The notes under the pieces: model-generated
The model's database searches: none
What the model saw: the letters and a program-made list of their open reading frames with translations, nothing else
Told to the model about the DNA's origin: nothing
In this document: positions 18,393 to 27,092 of the stretch, one piece after another
Layout: each line of letters opens with the position of its first letter
Numbering within the stretch: the first letter of the stretch is position 1
Translations under genes and position numbers: made by a program
NCBI GenBank assembly: GCA_031374905.1
Contig: JANMGZ010000665.1
Coordinates: 1-44,040 of the forward strand
Length of the DNA: 44,040 nt
Origin: Dolichospermum sp. OTE_70_metabat_362_sub
GTDB taxonomy: Bacteria > Cyanobacteriota > Cyanobacteriia > Cyanobacteriales > Nostocaceae
Reading direction: 5' to 3'

Positions 18393-19061
18393 ATGCAGAT
18401 TAGGACACTTTTAATTACATCTTCTTTATTCATAACTAGCCTAGCTATATCTAATAGTGCAATAGCTCAAAATCGGGGGACTCCAGGTAAATTTGATTTT
18501 TATGTCCTTACCCTTTCCTGGTCTCCTGACTATTGCGCGACAAATCAGAAACCTGACCCCAATCAATGCAGTTCTGGGAAAAGACTAGGTTTTGTTTTAC
18601 ATGGTTTATGGCCCCAATATCAAAAAGGCTATCCTGCTAATTGTTCAACAGAGAAATTAACTCCAGCAATCAAGCAGAAATTTCCAGGTTTGTATCCCAG
18701 TAATCACCTTTATAATCATGAATGGCAAAAACATGGAACTTGTGCGGGAACAACTCCTCAAGGATATCTAGCATTAAGTAAAAAGTTAAACGATTCTGTG
18801 GCTATTCCCACAGCTTATAATCGTCCTGCTAAACCTTTTCGGACTACAATTCAAGGTTTAAAAAGTACATTTATCAGTGCAAATAGTGAATTGAATGCTA
18901 ATGGCATAGCACCTTATTGTTCTGATTCTGGTAGATTTTTACAAGAGGTCTTTTTTTGCTATTCTCAAGATGGAAAAGCAGGTATTTGTAGCGAGGAGAT
19001 TTTGAAACGTTCTCGCACAAGTTGTGGCCAGGCAGATTTTTTAGTCAGAAATGTCAGGTAG
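18393..19061 (+). CDS. Ribonuclease T2 family, exported
   Basis: FDFYVLTLSWSPDYC, CAS I FVLHGLWP, CAS II HEWQKHGTC, and a signal peptide from MQIRTLL. Confidence 0.92.
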   Translation: MQIRTLLITSSLFITSLAISNSAIAQNRGTPGKFDFYVLTLSWSPDYCATNQKPDPNQCSSGKRLGFVLHGLWPQYQKGYPANCSTEKLTPAIKQKFPGLYPSNHLYNHEWQKHGTCAGTTPQGYLALSKKLNDSVAIPTAYNRPAKPFRTTIQGLKSTFISANSELNANGIAPYCSDSGRFLQEVFFCYSQDGKAGICSEEILKRSRTSCGQADFLVRNVR

Positions 19062-19115
19062 TTTTAAATATGGTGTTTACTTAACTATCAATATTAAGTT
19101 TTTATGTACTCACTA

Positions 19116-19221
19116 TATAGCGGTTCTCGGTTGAGTGAGATACAAGAACCCCACCCCCAACCCCACCCCGCAAGCGAGGAGGGGACTTATGATGTATCTC
19201 ATTCAAGTGCATACCGCTATA
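19116..19221. mobile_element. 106-bp MITE-like element with 29-bp imperfect inverted ends (TATAGC-N17-GATACA)
   Basis: TATAGCGGT...ACCGCTATA ends enclosing a C-rich CCCC-CGCAAGCG-GGGG hairpin. Confidence 0.75.
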
Positions 19222-19292
19222 TTCGTTTCTTTCCAATATTTTCTACCAGAACTTGTTAATCTCTTACTGGAACTTCGAGAGAAGGGAAATTT

Positions 19293-20165
19293 ATGACCAA
19301 ACTATCTAATGATTTTACATCCATTGGCAATCATAGAACAGATCCAAAAGATATTAAACTGTTAGTTTTAGATATAGATGGGACAATTTCTGGACATTCC
19401 AATACTCTGAGTCATCCTGTCAAGAAAGTGATTGCTGCTGTACAAGCTAAGGGAATTAAGGTCGCTATAGCCACAGGAAGAATGTATTGTTCGGCTTTGC
19501 GGTTTCATCAAGAAATTGGCTCTACCCTGCCTTTAGTAGCTTACCAGGGAGCTTGGATTCAAGATCCAAATACTCAAGAAATTCACCGTCATTTATCTGT
19601 ATCTACAGAAATTGCCTTACAATTACTAGAATACTTTGAAGAGCCAGATTTGCAATCGCTCCTCTCCGTCCATTTTTACATCAATGACCAACTTTATGTC
19701 CGAGAAATCACCACAGAAACGGAAAATTATCAACAACGCTGTGGTGTAAATGCTATTCCTGTGGGTGATTTACGGCAATTATTAGATCATGAACCCACTA
19801 AAATTTTAGCTTTGTGTGATGACGCAAATTTAATTCAACAACTTTTAGCTAATTTACGCCGCAGATATAAACCCACAGAATTATATATGACAACATCTGT
19901 GGCTACTTTCTTGGAAGCAGCTAATCCTCATGTGAATAAAGGCAATGCTGTCCGTTATCTAGCCGAAGAAATGCTAGGTTTAGAAAGTCATCAGGTTATG
20001 ACTATTGGTGATAATTTCAATGATCTAGAAATGCTAGATTATGCTGGTATTAGTGTCGCTATGGGTGATGCACCGGCTCAAGTGCAAGCGATCGCTGATT
20101 GGGTAGCACCTAGTGTAGAGTTAGATGGTGCAGCGATCGCCATAAAAAAATTCTTACTTAATTAA
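19293..20165 (+). CDS. Cof-type HAD-IIB family hydrolase
   Basis: DIDGT, ATGR, VNKG and IGDNFNDLEM. Confidence 0.92.
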   Translation: MTKLSNDFTSIGNHRTDPKDIKLLVLDIDGTISGHSNTLSHPVKKVIAAVQAKGIKVAIATGRMYCSALRFHQEIGSTLPLVAYQGAWIQDPNTQEIHRHLSVSTEIALQLLEYFEEPDLQSLLSVHFYINDQLYVREITTETENYQQRCGVNAIPVGDLRQLLDHEPTKILALCDDANLIQQLLANLRRRYKPTELYMTTSVATFLEAANPHVNKGNAVRYLAEEMLGLESHQVMTIGDNFNDLEMLDYAGISVAMGDAPAQVQAIADWVAPSVELDGAAIAIKKFLLN

Positions 20166-20245
20166 AAACCCACAAATAAGAAAAGACACCGACGACTGGC
20201 CGTGTTTCGTCTCGGTGTCTCTTCTAATTTATGCTCCTCACACAC
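20165..20245 (-). ncRNA. Yfr2-family small RNA (candidate)
   Basis: Minus strand starts GTGTGTGAGGAG, then forms a long stem (GACACCGA/TCGGTGTC) with a GAAACACGG loop and ends in a T-run. A promoter lies immediately upstream. Confidence 0.7.
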
Positions 20246-20250
20246 CAGCT

Positions 20251-20279
20251 ATCCTAGCCAGAGATATTTATTTTGTCAA
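20251..20279 (-). promoter_or_regulatory. Sigma70-type promoter of the candidate sRNA
   Basis: TTGACA (20279-20274), N17, TAGGAT (20256-20251) on the minus strand. Confidence 0.75.
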
Positions 20280-20318
20280 TAGATATTCTCAAGTTATTTC
20301 CAAAATATTTGATATAGA

Positions 20319-20353
20319 TAGATCCCCGACTTCTGGGAGAAGTCGGGGATCTA
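20319..20353. repeat. Second copy of the AGATCCCCGACTTCT palindrome
   Basis: TAGATCCCCGACTTCT-GGG-AGAAGTCGGGGATCTA. Confidence 0.85.
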
Positions 20354-20364
20354 AATTCTAGATA

Positions 20365-21222
20365 TTAAAGTTCTATAGCTGCAACAATCCCCAATTTGTG
20401 TTCTAACACAGACCTTAAAACCAACTGAGTTGCTATTAACAATCCTAATCTTGCTTGAGCTAATTGGGGAGAATGAATTTTCACCTCTCCCCAAATCCGA
20501 CAATTACACCAGAACTTCTCAAAAGCTTGACTTAAATTCTCACCTACTTTTTCCCAGTTAATGCAACTACTGCTATCAGCACAAACTAAATTATCTACTG
20601 CTTTAACTAATTGATAAAGCAGAAAAATTTCATCAGCGTGATTCAGAAAAAGTTTTTGCTCATCATTGAGCCAAGGAATAGATTTAACAGACATAAAGCC
20701 TTCAGTGCTTGTCCTATCAAGTTCAATTAATCCTTCCTGGTGTCCTAAACGCAGTAAAGAACAACAGCGTGCATGAGCATATTGAATGGTAAAAACTCTG
20801 AATGAACTTAATGAAGTTGGTAATTGATAATGAACAAGATTATTTCCCCAGTCTCCAGTTTTTTTGGCAACTATTAAATTTTGTAACCAAGCGGCTAAAG
20901 TAGAGTCAATGAGTTCTATATAAATCTCTCCCGGGGGAACTACTTTGACCTTAAATAAATTATCACTGTTCTGGGATAAATGCCCAGCGATTACCTCAGC
21001 AATTTCCATAACTGGTGAATTCTGAGATTTTGATATCCCTATTGCCACGCTAGAGATATATAAAATTTTTTGATTATATCCTCCTTGATAGAGAGGAACT
21101 TTTCTACCTTCTATGCCTGTAATTTCCCTATTATTGGTAAAAATACTAGAAGAAGATGTTAAATACCCTTTTATTAACTGCTTAATTGCCTTATTTTCTT
21201 CAAAAAGTAGTTTATAATACAC
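20365..21222 (-). CDS. DALR anticodon-binding domain protein (ArgRS-like, lacking the catalytic domain)
   Basis: IQYAHARCCSLLR, FEKFWCNCRI, ARLGLLIATQLVL...LGI...L. No HIGH or KMSKS motif. Confidence 0.82.
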   Translation of the reverse strand: MYYKLLFEENKAIKQLIKGYLTSSSSIFTNNREITGIEGRKVPLYQGGYNQKILYISSVAIGISKSQNSPVMEIAEVIAGHLSQNSDNLFKVKVVPPGEIYIELIDSTLAAWLQNLIVAKKTGDWGNNLVHYQLPTSLSSFRVFTIQYAHARCCSLLRLGHQEGLIELDRTSTEGFMSVKSIPWLNDEQKLFLNHADEIFLLYQLVKAVDNLVCADSSSCINWEKVGENLSQAFEKFWCNCRIWGEVKIHSPQLAQARLGLLIATQLVLRSVLEHKLGIVAAIEL

Positions 21223-21352
21223 GTATTGTTTTGTAAAAAATTTATGGGGTGCATCATTTTATCCTGTTCCATCTATCTTCAGACAGAAGTTTAGTCTATG
21301 TAAGCAAAAATGAGAGTAGGATAAAATTTGATGAATAATGTATAAAAAATGG

Positions 21353-21366
21353 GTAAACTTTACTAC
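21353..21366 (+). promoter_or_regulatory. Candidate NtcA-type box upstream of devH
   Basis: GTA-AACTTTAC-TAC (GTA-N8-TAC) about 170 bp before the devH start. The downstream -10 is imperfect. Confidence 0.45.
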
Positions 21367-21533
21367 CCTCGTTGTACAGTAGGAAGTATAAGAAAAAATA
21401 GAGAGCAATTTAGCTTTCTATCCCATTGGAGGGCTGACGCTGTTAGGCGTTATGCCTACCCCGTTAACACAAAGACACTCCTTGCACTTTTCTTATCACG
21501 TCTTTGTTCTCAGCCAAACACTCTTTGTCACTT

Positions 21534-22253
21534 ATGCAATCTCAATCCTCCTTTTCCGAAGCTTCACGTCCTTTCTTAACTTGGCAACGTATTCTTGACT
21601 GGGCCCAAGAACACTACCGCTGCCGCACCTTCAGTAAAGATGAGCGGATTCCAGCTAGACCTGGTTTGCTCTATTTAGTCCAAAGAGGTGCTATCCGCAT
21701 GGTAGGAACTGCCCAAGTCAGTGCTACTGCCAGTCAGTTAACATCTAGACGGATTAACAGAACTCCAGAAGAAGCTTTCTTGGGTTTTGTGGGAGCAGGA
21801 CAACCTTTTGAAATTGTTGCTCAGTCTCCATTCACACTTCAATCCTATGCCCACGTTGACCAAACAGCAGTGCTATGGATGTACTGGCATGACCTAGACA
21901 ACTGGCCTCACTTCCGCCGTGAAGTCATGGATGCTTTTAGATATCAGCACCAGCGCAAGTTGTTATGGTTAAGTGCTTTAGGACAACGTCGCACAATTGA
22001 CCGACTCTTAGGATTCCTCACCTTACTGATTGAGGAATATGGAGAGCCTTCAATGAGCGAAACTGATCCTGATGTCATTCGTGGTTATTGCTTACCCTTT
22101 CCTCTTACTCATGCTCAAATTGGCAGCGCCATTGGTTCAACCCGTGTTACTGTCACTCGTTTAATGGGTAAATTACGTCAACGTGGGTTAATCCTTACCC
22201 AGGGAGATAATTTGATTTGCTTACCGGCCGAATCTATTAATAGAGTCAGCTAA
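21534..22253 (+). CDS. devH: Heterocyst Crp/NtcA-family regulator DevH (239 aa)
   Basis: MQSQSSFSEASRPFLTWQRILDWAQEHYR...PLTHAQIGSAIGSTRVTVTRLMGKLR. Confidence 0.9.
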   Translation: MQSQSSFSEASRPFLTWQRILDWAQEHYRCRTFSKDERIPARPGLLYLVQRGAIRMVGTAQVSATASQLTSRRINRTPEEAFLGFVGAGQPFEIVAQSPFTLQSYAHVDQTAVLWMYWHDLDNWPHFRREVMDAFRYQHQRKLLWLSALGQRRTIDRLLGFLTLLIEEYGEPSMSETDPDVIRGYCLPFPLTHAQIGSAIGSTRVTVTRLMGKLRQRGLILTQGDNLICLPAESINRVS

Positions 22254-22621
22254 GACGCAGTTCAAATCTCCAGTGAGCAGCAGATTGATAGATGTTGACT
22301 GAGAGCTTGCCACTCTCGGACACACCAATGGCAGGTATCAGAGGATTCTAACTAGTCCAAATTGGGTAATTAGTTCTGTGAACCTGCTCCTCATTTTCAC
22401 TCATCTGTTTGACCACCACAAACGGATTTTGGGTAATTGGGTATGAAATAAGATGTCCTGGATCAAAAGTTCTCCAGTGCCTTCATTATGAATGTGGCAC
22501 TCATCAAGCTTGAACAGCAAATTGGGGCCACCCACCTGGTTCCAATTAAGCTGTCACGCATTTTAATTACTCGTTGTTTCAGCGAAAATTTTGGGACATA
22601 ATGACATAGAGAGCGATCGCT

Positions 22622-23149
22622 TTACTCGCTATATAAATCACTTGTTATTCTATATTGAAAAATTGGCATAGTAAATAAACCCCAAGCCAAACCAGTAATT
22701 AAACCAAAAGGCGTAACAATATAATTATTAAAATCCCACAAACCGAAAATCTGCGCTGCTAATTCCAAAGGATAAGCCATCATCAACACACTAGCAAAAG
22801 CAGCGCCAGTCCAACCATATTGACTTAACCAAAAAACGCCTTTGCCATTAGTTAAACTATACAAAATTCGCGTAATTAATAAACCTGTTACTGTACCATA
22901 ACAGCGCATACAAACTGCCATAATAAAAGGATGTGCTAACTCCAAACCCATAGTAGGCTGGGGACAGACATGATTACCCATAAAGTAAATAATGTTCGCA
23001 ATCCCTGGAAGCAAAAACCCGCCAGATGCAGCCAAAAAAGGAGCAACAGGCGGACCAAAAACCATTCCAACTAACAGGAAATCAGTCCAGAAACTCACCC
23101 AATTAATTTGTTTAAACTGTAAATCTCTGAATAAAATAGCCCGTTGCAT
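22622..23149 (-). CDS. DUF2085-type membrane protein
   Basis: VCPQP and MAVCMRCYG motifs with several TM helices. Confidence 0.75.
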   Translation of the reverse strand: MQRAILFRDLQFKQINWVSFWTDFLLVGMVFGPPVAPFLAASGGFLLPGIANIIYFMGNHVCPQPTMGLELAHPFIMAVCMRCYGTVTGLLITRILYSLTNGKGVFWLSQYGWTGAAFASVLMMAYPLELAAQIFGLWDFNNYIVTPFGLITGLAWGLFTMPIFQYRITSDLYSE

Positions 23150-23244
23150 CTTTCCTCTGTGGTTAGTTTATTTAATTAAGTAGGTAATGCCCAAAATGAT
23201 GACAAGTCTTACATTTGTTTATTTTGGTGATGCTTATATTATAT

Positions 23245-23340
23245 TTCTCTGTGTCCTCTGCGCCTCTGCGTGAAAAAACTCCCAACTAAAGACACAAAAA
23301 CGCCCAGAAAACCCTTTGCGTCTTTGCGTCTTTGCGTGAG
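23245..23340. repeat. Short tandem repeats (CTCTGCGC / CTTTGCGT)
   Basis: Octamer repeats read directly from the sequence. Confidence 0.75.
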
Positions 23341-23347
23341 ATATTTC

Positions 23348-25459
23348 TTAACCTACATTAGCAACGTAGGGACTTGTCAACTTATCCAATTGCTGAGTTA
23401 ACAGACTGAGGAACAAACCAACATCAGTCACCACACCTACAGATTCTATTGAACCGCGATCGCTCAATTTTGTCACCACAGCCGGATTAATATCCACACA
23501 AACCATCTTCACACCAGCAGGAGTCATATTCCCCACCCCGATAGAATGCAGCATCGAAGACAACATCAAAATCATATCTGCACCTTGGATGATTTGCGAA
23601 TATTCCTGTTGTGCTAAAATCAAGTTCATTTGAGTATCTGGTAACGGACCATCATCCCGAATTGAACCAGCGAGGGAAAAGGGAATGTTATTTTTCACAC
23701 ATTCATACATCACCCCACTTTTCACCACTCCCGCTTCCACAGCTTTAGCAATGCTCCCAAAACGGCGGATAGTATTAATTACCTTCAAATGATGTCGGTG
23801 TCCACCGCGTACAGCTACACCCCGCTTCATATCCACACCCAGGGACGTTCCTAGCAGGTTTTGTTCCATGTCATGAACAGCGATCGCATTACCACCCAAA
23901 AGTCCCTGTACATAGCCTTCTCGAACCAAGCGACAGAGATGTTCACCACCACCTGTGTGAATTACCACGGGTCCTGCTGTGACAACTACTTTACCGCCGC
24001 TATCCTTAATTTTACGTAATTCCCAAGCCACTTGTTCCACGACTAATTCCACCCGTCTTTCGCTGGAAACACCGGAAGACATAAAGCTGAACTCTTGGGA
24101 ATTGCGTTGTTCTCGTGATTCGGCTTTGCGGACAGTGCGGATACCTAATACATCCACAACTACTTTATCGCCAATTTCCAAATCACGGAGGAGTTTACAT
24201 TTTGCTACTATACCATTAGCAGTTGTGGAAATAGCGATCGCTCCATCCATGCGTTGATTTTGCACCTTCAGCCATTCCCCATTTACCCGAATTTCAGTAG
24301 GGTAAATCGTGCTGACATAGAAATCATCAGGAGCTACACCCGCTTGGATCACAGGTTCTAATCTAGTATCGCGTTCATCTTGGGGTAAATCAACCGCACC
24401 CAAATCAATCAACTGCGAGATAATTTCTTCCATCACGTCGTGAGATGGTGCAGATACCCTCACCTCAGCCGCAGATGTACTTTGACGTTGTTCTCCCAAG
24501 TTGAATTTGAGAACTTGGAAACTTCCCCCCATTTCCACAATCAAATCTAAAGCGCGGTTAATTAAACCTGCATCTAGTAAGTGTCCTTCCATGCGGATAA
24601 CACGACTTTCTACAGATGCGTTAGCGTGAATTTCGTCACCAATGGGTTCTGTCACCCGCAAAGTCAAGCATTTAGCCGCACCACCAGCTTTGAGAAATTC
24701 GGTTAAAGGTGTTTCAATAACTTGAAAACCAACTTCTGCTAACCGTGATTTTAAATTCTCACTGGCTTTGTTCATAATCACGATGCTTTCCACATTCACC
24801 GCGTTACAAGCAAAGTTAACAGCATCAGCTTCTTCAATAGCAATGCGCTTTTCCGGTGCAACGCGCATTTCAATCACCCGGTTAGAGTAGGAATCAAATG
24901 CACCGGGATAATACAGCAAATAACCATTTGCCAAAGGACAAAAGCAGGTATCAAGATGATAAAAACGCTCATCCATTAAGCGCAGAGAAATCACCTCAAT
25001 GTCCAGCCATTTAGCCAGGTAAGGGTGAGAATCTAATTCTGACCGAAAACCATATCCAGCCCATAACCACCGACCTTCCCGGTCTAGGAGTGCGTCACCA
25101 GCACCTTCAAAGGGGAGGTCCTTGGGAAGTGTGTAAACATTATAACCATTTTGTTCAAACCACTGTTGAAAATACGGTTCTTCACCTTGGCGTTCTTTAT
25201 GTAAAAAGCGGCTAAGAACGACATTTTCACCGAGGACTAAACCTGCATTGGCACTAAATACCATATCAGGCCAGCCTTTTTCTGGGGCAACTAAATCGAC
25301 AATGGCATGATTTTTAATGACATTGTATAATTTATTCCATTGCTCTACGGCGCGATCGCGTGAAGACTTATGAATATTCCCTTCCATCCAAGGATTAATC
25401 ACATAATCCACATCATAATGGTCAGGAGCGCACATCAAAAAACGAATTGGGGAAACCAT
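23348..25459 (-). CDS. argZ: Bifunctional arginine dihydrolase / ornithine cyclodeaminase ArgZ (AgrE)
   Basis: 703 aa. Amidinotransferase-fold N-terminus (YVINPWM, FEGAGD, FYHLDT, GGAAKCL) followed by a LOR/SDH-type C-terminus (GSIRDDGPLP). Confidence 0.93.
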   Translation of the reverse strand: MVSPIRFLMCAPDHYDVDYVINPWMEGNIHKSSRDRAVEQWNKLYNVIKNHAIVDLVAPEKGWPDMVFSANAGLVLGENVVLSRFLHKERQGEEPYFQQWFEQNGYNVYTLPKDLPFEGAGDALLDREGRWLWAGYGFRSELDSHPYLAKWLDIEVISLRLMDERFYHLDTCFCPLANGYLLYYPGAFDSYSNRVIEMRVAPEKRIAIEEADAVNFACNAVNVESIVIMNKASENLKSRLAEVGFQVIETPLTEFLKAGGAAKCLTLRVTEPIGDEIHANASVESRVIRMEGHLLDAGLINRALDLIVEMGGSFQVLKFNLGEQRQSTSAAEVRVSAPSHDVMEEIISQLIDLGAVDLPQDERDTRLEPVIQAGVAPDDFYVSTIYPTEIRVNGEWLKVQNQRMDGAIAISTTANGIVAKCKLLRDLEIGDKVVVDVLGIRTVRKAESREQRNSQEFSFMSSGVSSERRVELVVEQVAWELRKIKDSGGKVVVTAGPVVIHTGGGEHLCRLVREGYVQGLLGGNAIAVHDMEQNLLGTSLGVDMKRGVAVRGGHRHHLKVINTIRRFGSIAKAVEAGVVKSGVMYECVKNNIPFSLAGSIRDDGPLPDTQMNLILAQQEYSQIIQGADMILMLSSMLHSIGVGNMTPAGVKMVCVDINPAVVTKLSDRGSIESVGVVTDVGLFLSLLTQQLDKLTSPYVANVG

Positions 25460-25710
25460 AAAAATTTTACGAACTTCTAAAATGTTACTAATCTCTTTTG
25501 GATACAGAGTTTTGGAATTCTAATTCTGTCAAATCTGCTACTTAACCTCTACCTTTTACTCTTGGTAGGCTTTACAAGGATATCGTTCTTATTCTATTAC
25601 TGCTTGAGACAATGTGAGTGATCAGGTCACAAAGGTTATGTTTTAATGCAATATTAACTTGTTAGTTGATGAGTGATTCTGATTGTTGGCTTAACTTACT
25701 CTACAATAAT

Positions 25711-25890
25711 TAGGATTTGCTGAATAAATATAGAGCCGAGACATCAATGATTTGATGGGGATAGAAGGTGAAAAAGGTGCAAGGAATAGAGTTAAAACAA
25801 GTAGAATCTCTTGTATTAAGGCGAATCAAAATAGATAAAAAAGCTTTGACTCTTCAATGTGAGTTTACTTGAGGCAGAGAATAGATATAA
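25711..25890 (+). mobile_element. Possible left-end remnant of an IS5-family element
   Basis: GGATTTGCTGAATAA end-like motif, then GAAAAAGGTGCAAGGAATAG. Recalled resemblance only; no transposase ORF remains. Confidence 0.35.
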
Positions 25891-25893
25891 ACT

Positions 25894-26118
25894 TATACTT
25901 TATAAAGTCACAACTTGAGTTTTTTCAAAAGTCTGAAATTTAAGAGTCTGTAAGGATTCTATTTCTAGTTTGTAACTCAGATGAGTTTGAGAGATGGCAG
26001 TAGAGATAGCATTTTTAAAATCGGAAAAATCTTCATAATATTGACCATATAAACATTACTTTTCCACCCACTTCCATAACCTTTCTATTAAATTTAAGTT
26101 AGGAGAATAAGCTGACAA
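25894..26118 (-). mobile_element. IS630-family transposase 3' remnant (frameshifted)
   Basis: Minus strand LSAYSPNLNLIERLWKWV / frameshift / CLYGQYYEDFSDFKNAIS...TLKFQTFEKTQVVTL*. YSPxLNxIE is the IS630 DDE motif. Confidence 0.85.
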
Positions 26119-26152
26119 TTCTTACCTACTGCTTGTCAAAAATATTATTTAT

Positions 26153-26252
26153 TACAGCGGTTTTCAATTATATAATTTATATCTTAGCCCCCTCATCGCT
26201 TGCGATGAGAGGGTTGGGGTTCTTGTACCTCATAACATCGGGAAGTGCTGTA
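26153..26252. mobile_element. 100-bp MITE-like element, TACAGC...GCTGTA ends, C-rich hairpin core
   Basis: Right end (reverse complement TACAGCACTTCCCGATGTTATGAGGTACA) is nearly identical to the left end at 40263. The core resembles that of 19116. Confidence 0.75.
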
Positions 26253-26323
26253 ATCTTCAGATCTAATTTGATGCAAAATACTGTAAATAATTTATAATCT
26301 TAAACAATGATTTGGGAAATTAG

Positions 26324-26545
26324 ATGATGATATCAGTCCCGATTACCTTACAACAATTAATTACGGCTGTAGAACAGTTACAACCGGAAGAACGGGCAAT
26401 AGTGGCTCAAGCTTTGATAAAGTTTGATTTAGCTGCTGACTTAACAGCTTTAATTCAAGAATTATACTCCCAACCCCCAATTGATGATATTACCGATGAT
26501 GATATTATGGCAGAAATCAAAGCTGTGCGTCAGCAAAACCGCTAA
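26324..26545 (+). CDS. Putative antitoxin
   Basis: 73-aa protein with an acidic C-terminus, ending 2 bp before a PIN gene. Confidence 0.7.
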   Translation: MMISVPITLQQLITAVEQLQPEERAIVAQALIKFDLAADLTALIQELYSQPPIDDITDDDIMAEIKAVRQQNR

Positions 26546-26547
26546 AC

Positions 26548-26979
26548 ATGAAATTTCGGGTAGTCATTGACACTAACATTTGGATTCGCATTTTATTGAG
26601 AGGGGGAGTCACATTACCAATTTTAACAGCATTTAATAATCACAAATTCCAGTTATTGATGAGTCAACCATTACTGGATGAATTTCATGATGTTTGGAAT
26701 CGGCCTCGATTAAAACAACGAATAGATGAAAATCAAGCTATTCAACTGGAACAGCAGTTAAAATACCGTTCATTATGGGTTGAAGTTACCACCATTCCGC
26801 CAAATTGTCGAGATATTAAAGATTTACCTATACTAGCTACAGCTATTGACGGTCAAGCAAACTTGATTGTATCTGGAGATGATGATTTACGTGCTGATGA
26901 TACACTGAGGCTAGAAATGGAAGCTTATGGTATAATATTGCTTGGTGTTAATTCTTTCTTAGAATGTTTAGAAATTTAG
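26548..26979 (+). CDS. PIN-domain (VapC-like) toxin
   Basis: VVIDTNIW, CRDIKD and LIVSGDDDL. Confidence 0.88.
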   Translation: MKFRVVIDTNIWIRILLRGGVTLPILTAFNNHKFQLLMSQPLLDEFHDVWNRPRLKQRIDENQAIQLEQQLKYRSLWVEVTTIPPNCRDIKDLPILATAIDGQANLIVSGDDDLRADDTLRLEMEAYGIILLGVNSFLECLEI

Positions 26980-27033
26980 CTATGAGAAGATTGACCTTTT
27001 CCTAATAAATCCACCTTAATAAGATTAAAAAAA

Positions 27034-27060
27034 GGTGGGTTAACAGTAAAGTCACCCACC
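27034..27060. terminator. Probable terminator hairpin downstream of clpC / PIN gene
   Basis: GGTGGGT...ACCCACC stem. The preceding A-run forms a T-tail on the minus strand. Confidence 0.6.
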
Positions 27061-27092
27061 AAATAAATTACCAATATTGTAGAAATCCCGAA

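Noticed and set aside
17963-18433. 156-aa version of the ORF
   Set aside because: The N-terminal 81 codons overlap the promoter region and the RNase T2 start. Only the last 75 aa look like a real protein.
25613-25631. Possible CRP-type TGTGA/TCACA site upstream of argZ
   Set aside because: Half-site spacing is 9 or 5 nt rather than 6.
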